NCBI GenBank assembly: GCA_049903315.1
Contig: JBNGBT010000011.1
Span: forward strand, 30,914-94,913
Reading direction: 5' to 3'
Length of the DNA: 64,000 nt
From: Candidatus Cloacimonadota bacterium
GTDB lineage: Bacteria; Cloacimonadota; Cloacimonadia; JGIOTU-2
Shown: one piece after another, positions 10,194 through 22,640 of the stretch
Position numbering within the stretch: the first letter of the stretch is position 1
Layout: each line of letters opens with the position of its first letter
Notes under the pieces: model-generated
What the model was told of the DNA's origin: nothing
The model's database searches: none
Seen by the model: only the letters and a program-made list of their open reading frames with translations
Translations under genes and position numbers: made by a program

Positions 10194-13157
10194 ATGGATA
10201 TTACAAAACTCAATTATTATTATAATAAATTTAAATTCGGCGAAGATAACTTTCATAACCTTATGAAGAATCGCATCAAAGAAATACTGCTTGTATCCAC
10301 TTTTTACGATGCCTTCATTTTCGAACAGGACGGGCGACTTTCAGAGCAGATATTCGGTGAATACCGCCAACTCAATCTTAGTACCGCACCGCGCATTACA
10401 AGTGTGCCTACAGGCAAACAAGCTTTGGAGTTGCTGAAAAAACGATCATTCGATCTTGTAATCACGATGATGAGGATCGGTGAGATAAGTCCCTTTGAAT
10501 TAAGCCGCAGCATTAAACAGAAATACCCGAATATGCCCATTCTTCTGCTTCTCAATGTGCAGTCCGACATCTCAATTGTTGAAAAGAATGAAAACGAGTT
10601 GCAGTACATTGATAAAGTTTTTTTATGGAACGGGGACACCAAACTATTCCTTGCGATGATCAAAATGATCGAAGACGGTCGCAACGTGGAATATGACACA
10701 AAACAGGGTTATGTGCGGGTTATTTTACTCATCGAGGATTCGATCAAATATTATTCCATGTTCCTCCCTCTGCTTTACGCCGAAATACTTAAACAAACAC
10801 AGCGACTCATCAATGAAGAACTGAGTGACATCAATAAACGTCTCAAGATGCGTGCACGTCCAAAAGTTTTACTGGTCCAATCCTATCAAGAAGCAATAAG
10901 TTTAGTAGAGAAATACCAGGAATATATGGTTGCGGTGATCTCTGATGTGAAATTTTATAATAACGGTATTTTGGATGATGTTGCGGGATTCAAGCTTATT
11001 GATAGAATGAAAAAAAAGCATCTGGATATACCTGTCATTTTGCAATCCTCAGATATTGAGAACGAAGAAAAAGCTCAAAACCTCAGAGTAAATTTTCTTA
11101 ACAAAACTTCCAAAACTCTCCTTCATGATCTTCGTACTATTATCACAAATAATCTTGGATATGGCGATTTTGTTTTCAGAAATAAGGCAGGCGCAGAGAT
11201 GGATAGAGCAGCAACAATGCTTGAGTTTGAGCAAAAGATCGAAACTCTCCCTGGAGAATCGATTCTCTATCATGGTGAGAGAAATCATTTCTCGAGCTGG
11301 CTCATCGCACATGGAGAAATTCAGGTTGCAAAGAAGATACTCCCTGAAAAAATTGAGGATTTCAAAGATGTCGAAGAATTGAGAAGCTACCTCCTTAAAG
11401 TATTTCGTACTGTTCGCAAAAACAGCACCCGTGGAAAAATAATCAATTTTCAAGCGTCTGCACTCACCGAAGTTGATCAGATAATCCGTCTTGCAGAGGG
11501 TTCATTAGGCGGAAAAGGGCGAGGTCTTGCATTTCTTAATGCGCTTCTCGTCACAATGGAATTTGAAGACGAATTTCCTGAAGTGAATATTGCCCTTCCC
11601 AGCACCTGCATTATCGGCACCTCAGAATATGATTCATTTATTGAAAGGAATAAAATTGGTGAGTGGGTCATTTCAAAATCCGATTCAGAAATTCAGGAAA
11701 TATTTATAAAAGGCACTTTATCAAAGCAATTGATCAACAAATTAGAAGTTATTCTAGAGCAGATCACATACCCTCTAGCAGTGCGGTCATCGGGGCTTCT
11801 CGAGGATTCGCAATCTCAACCTTTCGCAGGAATTTATAAAACTTATCTACTACCTAACAATAACGATGATAAAAAGCTTCGGCTGCAGCAGCTCTGCAAT
11901 GCCATCAAACTTGTGTTTTCCTCAGCATATCTCGAGGGAGCTCGTAGTTACATCGAGAGCATCAATTATAAAGTGGAAGAAGAAAAAATGGCTGTGATCA
12001 TTCAGGAAATTGTTGGCTCAGAATTTGATAGTTGTTATTATCCACACTTTTCCGGCGTCGGTCAGTCCCATAACTTCTATCCTGTATCCTATCTGAAAAA
12101 CAGTGATGGTGTCGTCTCTGTAGCAGTCGGATTGGGTAAAACTGTTGTTGAAGGTGAACGCACTTTCAGATTCTGTCCTAAACATCCAAAAATGGACATC
12201 ATTCCTCCGGTTGAACAGGTAAAGGAATCACAAGACTTTTTATATGCCGTGGCAATGGATAAATCCTCTTTCAATCTCCTTGATGGAGAGGATGTCACCC
12301 TTGAAAAAATGCGCATCAACCAAGTAGAAAAACATGGAACACTGTCGCATACAACATCTACATGGGATTATGAAAACAATCGTCTCGTGAATGGAGCGAT
12401 AAAAAATGGGTCGAAAATTGTCACGTTTGCAGATATCTTAAAATATAATTATTTTCCTCTTGCTAAAATCATGGAAGAGATACTTGATATCGGAGAAAAA
12501 GCGCTTGGAATGCCAGTAGAGATCGAGTTTGCAGTGGATCTTACAAAAAATGAAAAAGAGAAAATATATCCTACTTTTTATATTCTACAGATCAGACCTC
12601 TGACCATAAATACGGAAAATATTACTATCGATACTGAACATCTGAAAAGAAACGAGCTGATACTTTACACTGTAAAAGGCATGGGCAACGGTATTATAGA
12701 TTCCGTGTATGATGTAATTTTTGTTGATCCTGACACATGGGATAGAACGAAAACTATACAAATGCACCATGAGATCTCAGAATTGAATAAACGAATGAGA
12801 GCTGAAGGCAGAAATTATATTCTTATTGGACCAGGACGATGGGGCTCACGAGATAGGTTTCTCGGTATCCCGGTAAAATGGATGGATATTAATATGGCGA
12901 AGATAATTGTCGAAACAGGGAGTGAAAATTTTGCTGTTGATAGTTCGCAGGGAACACATTTCTTCCACAATCTCGTATCTATGGATGTAGGATATTTTAG
13001 CATCCCCCATCATTCTGAGATTGATTTCGTGGATTGGGATTGGCTAAAACTTCAAAAGATTATTGAAAAGACCGACCACTTTTTCCATATGCAGATTGAT
13101 CACCCACTGGTTATTAAAATGGATGGCTACAAAGGCTTGGCTGTTATTTATAAATAG
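10194..13157 (+). CDS. Receiver-like domains fused to a PEP/pyruvate-binding (PPDK_N, ATP-grasp) domain
   Basis: GSLGGKGRGLAF, PLAVRSSGLLEDS, FAGIY, EIEFA, LQIRP; N-terminal REC-like segments. Confidence 0.85.
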   Translation: MDITKLNYYYNKFKFGEDNFHNLMKNRIKEILLVSTFYDAFIFEQDGRLSEQIFGEYRQLNLSTAPRITSVPTGKQALELLKKRSFDLVITMMRIGEISPFELSRSIKQKYPNMPILLLLNVQSDISIVEKNENELQYIDKVFLWNGDTKLFLAMIKMIEDGRNVEYDTKQGYVRVILLIEDSIKYYSMFLPLLYAEILKQTQRLINEELSDINKRLKMRARPKVLLVQSYQEAISLVEKYQEYMVAVISDVKFYNNGILDDVAGFKLIDRMKKKHLDIPVILQSSDIENEEKAQNLRVNFLNKTSKTLLHDLRTIITNNLGYGDFVFRNKAGAEMDRAATMLEFEQKIETLPGESILYHGERNHFSSWLIAHGEIQVAKKILPEKIEDFKDVEELRSYLLKVFRTVRKNSTRGKIINFQASALTEVDQIIRLAEGSLGGKGRGLAFLNALLVTMEFEDEFPEVNIALPSTCIIGTSEYDSFIERNKIGEWVISKSDSEIQEIFIKGTLSKQLINKLEVILEQITYPLAVRSSGLLEDSQSQPFAGIYKTYLLPNNNDDKKLRLQQLCNAIKLVFSSAYLEGARSYIESINYKVEEEKMAVIIQEIVGSEFDSCYYPHFSGVGQSHNFYPVSYLKNSDGVVSVAVGLGKTVVEGERTFRFCPKHPKMDIIPPVEQVKESQDFLYAVAMDKSSFNLLDGEDVTLEKMRINQVEKHGTLSHTTSTWDYENNRLVNGAIKNGSKIVTFADILKYNYFPLAKIMEEILDIGEKALGMPVEIEFAVDLTKNEKEKIYPTFYILQIRPLTINTENITIDTEHLKRNELILYTVKGMGNGIIDSVYDVIFVDPDTWDRTKTIQMHHEISELNKRMRAEGRNYILIGPGRWGSRDRFLGIPVKWMDINMAKIIVETGSENFAVDSSQGTHFFHNLVSMDVGYFSIPHHSEIDFVDWDWLKLQKIIEKTDHFFHMQIDHPLVIKMDGYKGLAVIYK

Positions 13158-13160
13158 CTA

Positions 13161-13928
13161 TCAACACCATTCGTCATTGAGAGTGTTCGTCAGTTCTTCA
13201 ACTTTATTTATCACTATTGGTAGTTTGATTCTCAGATCATTGAAATCTTTCACATACAACAGGTCTTTTACAAATTCATGATCTTCTTTGGTCCAATCCC
13301 GATATGAATAGAGCAAACCGAAATCATGTTTCGCAGGACGATTTTTTACATTGAGCAGGAATGCCAATCTTCCTAAAATAAGCTTGTAATACCCATCAAG
13401 TGCATCGACGTCTCGTCCTCGAAGCACCTGTTTTTCAAGCTCTATTTTATTAATGAAAAAGGATTTCTTAAAGTATTTCAATTTGGGTACGATCTTCTTT
13501 TTGAAATCCTCATCAGGCATAGGTGTTCCATCCATCAGCCCTTTTTTATCAAACCACACAACAGAATTTCCGTGCCTATTTGATTCCATAAACCTGTTCC
13601 CGGCGGAAAGCTTTTCTATGAGCAGATCTACATAGAAAAATTTGGGCGAATCTTTGAGCAGGTAAAAGACCTGCGAGTGACCATGCCAGCAAGGTTCCGG
13701 AATGCGGAGCTTTTCTTTGATCCCGCAATTTTCCTCAAGATATTCTTCTGTTTTTTGGAACAATTCTTCCACATAATCATCATCGCAGATCAATGCCATA
13801 TCGAGGTCTGAATAGTCGTCATCAAAGCCGGTTGCGACGGAACCGCCTTCCCATGCAGTGTGAACTTTCTCATCGGATTCCCAGAATTTTTTTAATTTTT
13901 CACAAAGTAATTTTTTATATTCAAGCAT
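13161..13928 (-). CDS. Pol-beta-superfamily nucleotidyltransferase-like protein
   Basis: GGS...DDYSDLD motif. Confidence 0.7.
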   Translation of the reverse strand: MLEYKKLLCEKLKKFWESDEKVHTAWEGGSVATGFDDDYSDLDMALICDDDYVEELFQKTEEYLEENCGIKEKLRIPEPCWHGHSQVFYLLKDSPKFFYVDLLIEKLSAGNRFMESNRHGNSVVWFDKKGLMDGTPMPDEDFKKKIVPKLKYFKKSFFINKIELEKQVLRGRDVDALDGYYKLILGRLAFLLNVKNRPAKHDFGLLYSYRDWTKEDHEFVKDLLYVKDFNDLRIKLPIVINKVEELTNTLNDEWC

Positions 13929-14001
13929 GTGCTCCCCTTTAAGATTTTCTTTTTCTTGGAAAGGAGATGTGGGCAGTCAATGTTTTTGCATAAATATTTG
14001 A

Positions 14002-15402
<1,401 letters not shown>

Positions 15403-15427
15403 TTAGTAATTCTCCCATAAAGTATAG

Positions 15428-15456
15428 AAGCCCTCTAAATTTTAGAGGGCTTTTTT
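15428..15456 (+). terminator. Intrinsic terminator after gdhA (possibly bidirectional)
   Basis: AAGCCCTCTAAA-T-TTTAGAGGGCTT followed by a T-run, between convergent genes. Confidence 0.85.
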
Positions 15457-15478
15457 ATTGGGGGAATTATCAATAAAT

Positions 15479-18400
15479 CTATTTCTTACCTAACATCTCT
15501 TCTTTGAAATCAAGTATTTTCTTTCTCGTGACATTAAGATCGAGAGTAGCTCTCGCGATTGACGGCTTGTGTGAAAATGTTAACTGTATCTTCTCTGCGG
15601 CATCCTCTGAGGGCACATATCTACTCTCAATTAATTCATCTGTTTTCAATCCTTTATTAGCCTCGTTCGTAAGCTCTTCAAACGTGATTTCCAGCCCGAG
15701 AAGATCCTTCAACAAATACCAGTTCTCTCTTCCCGTGAGCGTGTTGCGCACTTTTTTTATTTGCTGAATAACATTATTGTCATTCGTGATCGTACCATCA
15801 GATTCTATAAATGGGTTGAGTGGTAAAACCACATGCGCTATCTTTGCAGTTTCAGTCATAAAAGTATCCGCAACAAGGAGAAAATCGAGATTATTCAACC
15901 ACTCATAAATATCCATTTTGTTGTTATACAGAGGATCCTCTCCAAATATTGCAGCTGCTTGAAGTTTCTGATAATTTTTCACGGGTACAAATCCATATTC
16001 AAGCATGTAGGGCTTGTTAGCGAGCTCGGAACAGTTTACAATACCGTTTCCTTTAGTGCCAATATTACCACGCAGCATACTCATATTGAAAATTGCATTT
16101 TGCGTATCATAATCCAGGTCACTTTCTGAATAAACGAATACGACCTTGCTGAATGACAATAAATCATGAGCAAGATCCATAAATTCGTCTGTTTGAATCG
16201 TATGCTGAAGCTGATGATTGAAATCAACAAAATTACCAATGGTTCGGGCAATATATTCAATATTATGATGTCGGTATTCAACGAGATATTTTGTGAACTC
16301 ATTGATTACTTCAATATAATAGTTTGTTGCAATATGAAAATGTGCGCGTCGTGCAAATCTATTCTCATCAGGATGGATCAGCATCAATTTTGCACCGCTA
16401 TTAAGTGCTTGCATGATCTTCACGCCAACTGTATGGGTGACATCCCCTATCAAAACAATAAGCTCCGCTTCATTAAGATCAGCACTTGGATTTGGTGAAA
16501 AATTAATGCCAAGTTTATCCTTCACTACCGAACCGTTGAGTTCCCATGAGAATTTCTTGTTGCACTTATACTGTTTCGCTAATTTGCTGATAAGATACAA
16601 CTCCTCGTTCGTGTAATTTCCATTACTGAAGAAAGCTACATTTTTTTCGAGTTCGGTCAATTTATCAGTGATATAATCTATGGCTTCATCCCAATCAACA
16701 GGTTGAAGTTGATCATCTATACGGATCATCGGTTGTGTAATTCGCTCGTGCGATTGAAGCACTTCATACCCAAAATGAGCATTGAAGCATACATTGTTAC
16801 CAGTGATCGGGCTGTCAGCAGCTTGTGCTTTCATGATGATATCATTTTCTTTAAAATAGGTGACACTGCAACCTGCTCCACATAAAGCACAGGTTGTCTG
16901 AACTTCTTCAAAATCGAGTGGTGCAAGTTTATATTCAGTATTTCTTGGAGTGAGTGCACCGACAGGACATACATCGATGCATTTGCCGCAGCTTAAGCAG
17001 GATGTATTCATGAGCGATTCTCCGAATTCAGGAGCAACAAGTGTTTTGAATCCGCGATAAATATATCCTAATGCACCTACTCCCTGAATATCGAGACATG
17101 TTCTCACACATCGTCCACAATTCACGCACTTGTTTGCATCTCGAAGAATAAATGGATGAGTTTTGTCTATAGGATGGTTGTTGACTTCTCCCATAAAATG
17201 CGATGCAATGACATCATAATCTGTGGCATACTTGCGCAGCACACAAGTGGGATTGACGTCGCATCCGCACTCGATACAGCGCGCAGTCTCATCCTGAGCC
17301 TGCTTATCTGTGTAGATTTTTTCAACTTCGTTAAAATTTGAAATGCGATCTTCTGCTTTAAGATGTCCCGAAATTAATCGAGATGCTTTCTCATATTCTT
17401 TGAAATCCTCAGGATCAAGGTCTTTGTATGATTCAGCTTTTTTGCTGTTAAATTTTTCTTTCAGAGAAATTATCTTTTCACCCTTCAGGAATGAGTCAAT
17501 GCTTTGTGCTGCTTTGTAGCCGTCAGTTATGCTTTCTACCACAGTTGAAGGACCTCGAGTAAGATCGCCGCCTGCAAATATCTTATCAATATTTGTGTGC
17601 ATTGTATTCTCATCAACTTCAATCGTGCTCCAACGGGTAAGGTTCAGGTTTTTGCCTTTTATTTGAGCTATTTCATCGAGCAGAAATTGTGTTTTCGGCT
17701 TCTGGCTGACTGCCGGAATGACCATATCCACCTGCATAATAAATTCAGAATTTTCGATAGGCACAGGTCTGCGTCTACCGCTGCTATCCGGTTCACCCAA
17801 CCGCATTTTTATAACCTGCATACCCTCAACTTTGCCATCTTTTCCAATGATCTTGGTGGGATTCTGTAAGAGATGAAGCTCAATGCCTTCTTCTTTTGCA
17901 TCTAAAATTTCCACTTCATCAGCAGGCATCTGTTCTTCTGCGCGGCGGTACACGATCATGACTTTCTCTGCACCAAGACGAACTGCCGTTCTCGCTGCAT
18001 CGATCGCGGTATTTCCACCGCCGATAACTGCAACGTTTTTCCCGACATTCTTGATCTTTCCCTCAACAACATCACGCAGAAAATCAATGCCGAGATGACA
18101 ACCTTTGAGGTCTTCACCTTCGATATTCATACTGACAGCAGTCCAAGCACCAAATCCCAAAAAAACTGCATCGTATTCTTTATATAGAAATTGAAGCGTG
18201 AAATCCCTTCCAAGCTGCTCATTGTTATGGATCTCAACGCCAAGTTTTGTTATCAGTTCTATCTCTTTATCAAGAATTTCTTTGGGTAATCTGTATTCGG
18301 GAATCCCGTATCGAAGCATACCTCCACTTTCTGGCATGGCTTCGTAAATTTTACATTTGTGCCCCTGTTGAGCGAGATAATAGGCAACCGTCAAACCTGC

Positions 18401-19012
18401 TGGACCTGCACCGACAATTGCAATTTCTTTACCAGTAGAGGGTTTGCATTCGGGAATATATGTATTTGCGGAATCTTCGAGATCTTTATCTGCGGCATAT
18501 CGTTTTATCTGGCGTATAGCAATGGGCTCATCAACGATCTGACGACGGCATTCTTTTTCACAAAAGGCAGGACATACTCGTCCGACAGAAAGCGGTAATG
18601 GCAACCGTTGTTTAATAAGTTTTACTGCCTCATGATATAATCCATCATTCACTAGTGCCACATAACCTTGCACATCGACCCGTGCGGGGCATTCTAAAAT
18701 ACACGGAGCAGTACAATCCGCATAATGATCCGAAAGGAGAAGTTCGAGAGCCATCTGCCGCCCAGCACGCACCTCTTCGGAATCAGTATATATCTCCATT
18801 CCTTCATACACTTTTGTCGCGCAGGAAGGAACAAATCCTTTTGCACCTTTGACTTCCACCAGACATACCCAGCATGAGCCATAGGGCTTTAAATATTTAT
18901 CATGGCAAAGAGTCGGTATCTCTATACCATATTCAGTGGCAACTTCCAGGATTGTCTGCCCTTGTTTTGCAGTTACTTCATTTCCATTTAATAAAATTTT
19001 TATATCTGCCAT
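15479..19012 (-). CDS. Bfu/NfnABC-type large subunit: 2Fe-2S + GltD-like FAD/NADP(H) domain + 4Fe-4S domains + degenerate molybdopterin-oxidoreductase-like domain
   Basis: PTLC..GSCWVC, GRVCPAFCEKEC, GAGPAG, GGGNTA..YRR, CVNCGRCVRTC, CLSCGKCIDVC, CALCGAGC. Confidence 0.85.
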   Translation of the reverse strand: MADIKILLNGNEVTAKQGQTILEVATEYGIEIPTLCHDKYLKPYGSCWVCLVEVKGAKGFVPSCATKVYEGMEIYTDSEEVRAGRQMALELLLSDHYADCTAPCILECPARVDVQGYVALVNDGLYHEAVKLIKQRLPLPLSVGRVCPAFCEKECRRQIVDEPIAIRQIKRYAADKDLEDSANTYIPECKPSTGKEIAIVGAGPAGLTVAYYLAQQGHKCKIYEAMPESGGMLRYGIPEYRLPKEILDKEIELITKLGVEIHNNEQLGRDFTLQFLYKEYDAVFLGFGAWTAVSMNIEGEDLKGCHLGIDFLRDVVEGKIKNVGKNVAVIGGGNTAIDAARTAVRLGAEKVMIVYRRAEEQMPADEVEILDAKEEGIELHLLQNPTKIIGKDGKVEGMQVIKMRLGEPDSSGRRRPVPIENSEFIMQVDMVIPAVSQKPKTQFLLDEIAQIKGKNLNLTRWSTIEVDENTMHTNIDKIFAGGDLTRGPSTVVESITDGYKAAQSIDSFLKGEKIISLKEKFNSKKAESYKDLDPEDFKEYEKASRLISGHLKAEDRISNFNEVEKIYTDKQAQDETARCIECGCDVNPTCVLRKYATDYDVIASHFMGEVNNHPIDKTHPFILRDANKCVNCGRCVRTCLDIQGVGALGYIYRGFKTLVAPEFGESLMNTSCLSCGKCIDVCPVGALTPRNTEYKLAPLDFEEVQTTCALCGAGCSVTYFKENDIIMKAQAADSPITGNNVCFNAHFGYEVLQSHERITQPMIRIDDQLQPVDWDEAIDYITDKLTELEKNVAFFSNGNYTNEELYLISKLAKQYKCNKKFSWELNGSVVKDKLGINFSPNPSADLNEAELIVLIGDVTHTVGVKIMQALNSGAKLMLIHPDENRFARRAHFHIATNYYIEVINEFTKYLVEYRHHNIEYIARTIGNFVDFNHQLQHTIQTDEFMDLAHDLLSFSKVVFVYSESDLDYDTQNAIFNMSMLRGNIGTKGNGIVNCSELANKPYMLEYGFVPVKNYQKLQAAAIFGEDPLYNNKMDIYEWLNNLDFLLVADTFMTETAKIAHVVLPLNPFIESDGTITNDNNVIQQIKKVRNTLTGRENWYLLKDLLGLEITFEELTNEANKGLKTDELIESRYVPSEDAAEKIQLTFSHKPSIARATLDLNVTRKKILDFKEEMLGKK

Positions 19013-19021
19013 GTGACCCGC

Positions 19022-20800
19022 TTATGATTTTATCACTGCATCAAATTTACATGCGGTCATACACGCGCCGCACTTTATGCAGATATCTTGATTAATTCCG
19101 TGAACTTCTTTTTTCTCACCCGAGATGGCATCTACAGGACATGCTCGTTTGCATGCTCCGCAACCGATGCATTTCTCTTCTACGATGCTGTATTTCACAA
19201 GAGCTTTGCACGCACCTGCAGGGCATGTTTTGTCATTAATATGTGCTTTATATTCATCCCGGAAATACTTGATCGTGGTAAGTACTGGATTAGGAGCAGT
19301 CTGCCCGAGTCCGCACAATGAACCTTTTATGATCTTATATGAAAGGTCTTCCAGTTTTTCAATATCACCCTTTTCACCTTTACCCTGAGTAATTCTATTA
19401 AGGATTTCGAGCATTCGTTTGGTGCCGATACGACAGAAAGTGCATTTTCCGCACGATTCGTCCTGAGTAAAATTCAGAAAGAAACGAGCCATGTCAACCA
19501 TGCAGGTCGTATCATCCATCACGACCATACCGCCAGATCCCATGATCGCACCAGTTTTGGTCAGAGAATCATAATCAACTGGTGTATCGAGAAGACTTTC
19601 GGGAATACATCCGCCGGAAGGACCACCAAGTTGTACTGCCTTAAATTTCCTATCATCAATAATGCCCCCGCCGACTTTGTAGATCACATCACGTAGTGTC
19701 ATACCCATTGGAACTTCAACCAAGCCGCCGTTCTTAATCTTACCGGTGAGTGCAAAGACTTTGGTGCCTTTGCTTTTCTCGGTACCGAATTCAGCATACT
19801 TATTCGCACCGTTGCGAATAATCCACGGAACATTCGAAAATGTTTCTACATTATTTATATTTGATGGCTTTCCCCATAACCCGGATTCAGCCGGATAGGG
19901 AGGACGAAGAGTTGGCATCCCTCTTTTTCCTTCGATAGAGCACATAAGGGCTGTTTCTTCTCCGCACACAAACGCTCCCGCGCCTTCATATACTGTGAGA
20001 TCAAAATTAAAATCCGATCCCAAAATATTTTTTCCGAGAAAACCTCGTTCTTTGGCTTTCTCGATTGCAATTCGGAGTCGTTTGACCGCAAGAGGATATT
20101 CCGCACGGCAATAGATAAAACCTGTATCAGAGCCGATTGCATATGCACCAATGAGCATACCTTCAAGTAAATTATGAGGATCACCTTCGAGAACACTTCT
20201 ATCCATGAATGCGCCCGGATCTCCCTCGTCTGCATTGCAGATTATATATTTTTTATCAGCATAATTGTTATAAGCAAACTGCCATTTCAGTCCTGTAGGA
20301 AAACCGGCACCGCCGCGTCCCCGCAAGCCGCTTTCTTTTATTTCATCGATCACATCGACCGGGGACATATCTTTTACGACTTTTTGCAGCGCTTCATAAC
20401 CGCCACGCAAGATATACTCATCGATAGATTCGGGATCGATAACTCCGCAGTTACGAAGGACAATCCTTGTCTGATAATCGAGTATTTCTTTCTCTTTGCC
20501 ATCGAACTTGTCAGAAACAACAATATGCTCGGTGAGTGGCTTCTTCTCTATAAAATGTGCAGTCAGGATATCATCAATGTCTTTTGCGCTGAGATACCCA
20601 TACATTGTGCTGCCGAATTCGTCATCTTCGATCTCCATCAGCACTTCTGCAAAGCACATACCCACACAACCGGTATGATCCAATTGTGCTTGTACATCAT
20701 GCTCTTTGAGGAAAGCTTCCACTTTCTCAAGAACATCTAAACCGCCAGCTGCAATTCCGCAGCTCGCTAAACCGACTTTTATTCTTACTGAATTTTCCAA
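19022..20800 (-). CDS. NuoF/HydB-like FMN NADH-binding subunit (BfuB type)
   Basis: GRGGAGFP, NADEGDPGAFMDR, CGKCTFC, SLCGLG, two C-terminal CxxCxxCxxxC motifs. Confidence 0.92.
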   Translation of the reverse strand: MENSVRIKVGLASCGIAAGGLDVLEKVEAFLKEHDVQAQLDHTGCVGMCFAEVLMEIEDDEFGSTMYGYLSAKDIDDILTAHFIEKKPLTEHIVVSDKFDGKEKEILDYQTRIVLRNCGVIDPESIDEYILRGGYEALQKVVKDMSPVDVIDEIKESGLRGRGGAGFPTGLKWQFAYNNYADKKYIICNADEGDPGAFMDRSVLEGDPHNLLEGMLIGAYAIGSDTGFIYCRAEYPLAVKRLRIAIEKAKERGFLGKNILGSDFNFDLTVYEGAGAFVCGEETALMCSIEGKRGMPTLRPPYPAESGLWGKPSNINNVETFSNVPWIIRNGANKYAEFGTEKSKGTKVFALTGKIKNGGLVEVPMGMTLRDVIYKVGGGIIDDRKFKAVQLGGPSGGCIPESLLDTPVDYDSLTKTGAIMGSGGMVVMDDTTCMVDMARFFLNFTQDESCGKCTFCRIGTKRMLEILNRITQGKGEKGDIEKLEDLSYKIIKGSLCGLGQTAPNPVLTTIKYFRDEYKAHINDKTCPAGACKALVKYSIVEEKCIGCGACKRACPVDAISGEKKEVHGINQDICIKCGACMTACKFDAVIKS

Positions 20801-20839
20801 ATTCTCTCCGATCTGGTTAAATTTGGTTCGTTAATTTGG

Positions 20840-21298
20840 TTAATACTGAGCTAATATTTCTTTGATCTTACCTGGAGTTAATCTACCATATGCTTTATCA
20901 TTTATCATGATAACCGGTGCAAGACTGCAACAGCCAAGGCATGCGACTTCTTCGACGGTGAATTTAAGATCTTTGGTCGTACCACCTGGCTCGATTTTCA
21001 ATTCTTCATAAAGCGCTTCTGAAATTTTGGGTGCATTTGCAACATGACATGCAGTACCGTGGCAAATACGGATGATGTTTTTGCCTATCGGGTGCAAACG
21101 AAATTGAGTATAGAAAGTTGCGACGCCATAAATCTCTGCGACGGGTATTTTTGTCTTCTCTGAAATATATTCCAAGGCTTCTTTTGAAAGATATCCAAGT
21201 TGTGCCTGGGTCTTTTGAAGGATGGGAATGAGAGAACCTTTTCCGCCTTCAAATTCAATGAGTACGGCATCAATTTTGTCGAAATCACTCTCTATCAT
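20840..21298 (-). CDS. NuoE/HydC-like 2Fe-2S subunit
   Basis: CHGTAC...CLGCCSLAP. Confidence 0.92.
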   Translation of the reverse strand: MIESDFDKIDAVLIEFEGGKGSLIPILQKTQAQLGYLSKEALEYISEKTKIPVAEIYGVATFYTQFRLHPIGKNIIRICHGTACHVANAPKISEALYEELKIEPGGTTKDLKFTVEEVACLGCCSLAPVIMINDKAYGRLTPGKIKEILAQY

Positions 21299-21423
21299 GT
21301 ATGAAGACCTCGTACTATTTTTGACACCTTGAACAGGGCTACACCTGAGCAGTCAAGTTATTTGGGAAATTGCTCTATTTCTAATGAATTTCTCGAAAAT
21401 GACTGAAAATACTGGATAAAAGA

Positions 21424-22494
21424 CTAATGGTTTGATCCGACAAAAGAAACATCATTAATCATTTCATTAGGAGCATAATCTTGTTCTGTCCACTGCTGAC
21501 CTCCATTGGTAGTATAGAGGATAATACCATCACCAACACCAGTTCCAACGATCCAGACAATGTCTTTGCTTACAGGACTGACTCTATAAAGATAAAATCC
21601 AGAAGCACTTCCGGGAACATTTTTCTGTTCAGACCATATCACTCCACCATCAGTAGTATTTCTGATAGTTCCAGTATCTTCCGCAGTCCATGCGATTTTT
21701 TCAGAGAAAGCAGTAATTCCATTTGCATCCCATGCAGGACTTACTTCTGCATGTTGAATCTCCCAGTTGATTCCAGAATCGTTGGTATGTAATATCGTTC
21801 TCCCATGACCGACAACCCATATACAGCTATCTGATGGTGCCGAGATATCAATCATACCTCTTGCATCGAGGAAACTACTCTGTGCTTCTTTCACCCACGA
21901 ATCTCCTCCATCAGTGGAATGGATGATTACCCCACCCAAATTACCTGTTCCGTTTCCGCAAGCCCAGATGTTTTGATCAAAGATTTCTATCGAAGTTAAA
22001 TTGTAATCCGAATATGAAGTATCAGCTTTTGATACCCAGTTAGTACCCCCATCATCAGTTTTAATAACTGCTCCATCAGAACCTACAATCCATATTGTAT
22101 TATTATCAACAACGTGTAAACCGAGCAATTCAACATTATCCAGTACACCCCTGCTTCCAATTCGTTGCCAGGTATTACCGCCATCAACAGTGTTAAGAAT
22201 TGTAGCATAACCATCTGATACACCACCAGCTACCCATGCCGTAAGACTGTCAACAGCTTTTACTGCATTCAGTTCAGTAAGTGGAATGGTTAGACTGTCA
22301 CCCTGCCTGGCCCAATTCTGTCCACTATCAGTCGTTTTCCAGATCAATCCATATTTTGTGCCTATCCCAGGAGATCCAACGATCCAGCCAACATATTTAG
22401 TATCATTGCTTGGACTGGTGCTTTTCTCACAGCATGTGGAGATGAAGGAGAGTGTGAATGCAAACAATATAATTATCAATACTAATTTTTTCAT
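21424..22494 (-). CDS. YCF48-like/Asp-box beta-propeller lipoprotein
   Basis: Repeated TxDGGxxW. Start moved to ATG 22494 (GGAGG RBS, signal peptide plus Cys). Confidence 0.8.
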   Translation of the reverse strand: MKKLVLIIILFAFTLSFISTCCEKSTSPSNDTKYVGWIVGSPGIGTKYGLIWKTTDSGQNWARQGDSLTIPLTELNAVKAVDSLTAWVAGGVSDGYATILNTVDGGNTWQRIGSRGVLDNVELLGLHVVDNNTIWIVGSDGAVIKTDDGGTNWVSKADTSYSDYNLTSIEIFDQNIWACGNGTGNLGGVIIHSTDGGDSWVKEAQSSFLDARGMIDISAPSDSCIWVVGHGRTILHTNDSGINWEIQHAEVSPAWDANGITAFSEKIAWTAEDTGTIRNTTDGGVIWSEQKNVPGSASGFYLYRVSPVSKDIVWIVGTGVGDGIILYTTNGGQQWTEQDYAPNEMINDVSFVGSNH

Positions 22495-22640
22495 GTGTCC
22501 TCCGGTTGGTTTATATTTACTTCTCAGAGCAATATACATGCTCCAATGTGATTGTATGTATTGAGAAATCCTGTCAATAAATTTACTCATTACGAATTGT
22601 CCTCAAAAAAAATCAGGTCTTGGATTATATTTTTAGAGTC

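Noticed and set aside
20741..20749. CCGCCAGCT half-match to the tRNA palindrome
   Set aside because: Only one arm is present, and it is explained by the coding sequence (AAGG) of the NuoF-like gene
15479..21298. [FeFe]-hydrogenase, formate dehydrogenase or complex I operon
   Set aside because: No H-cluster motifs, no evident catalytic Cys/Sec-His segment, and no membrane Nuo subunits
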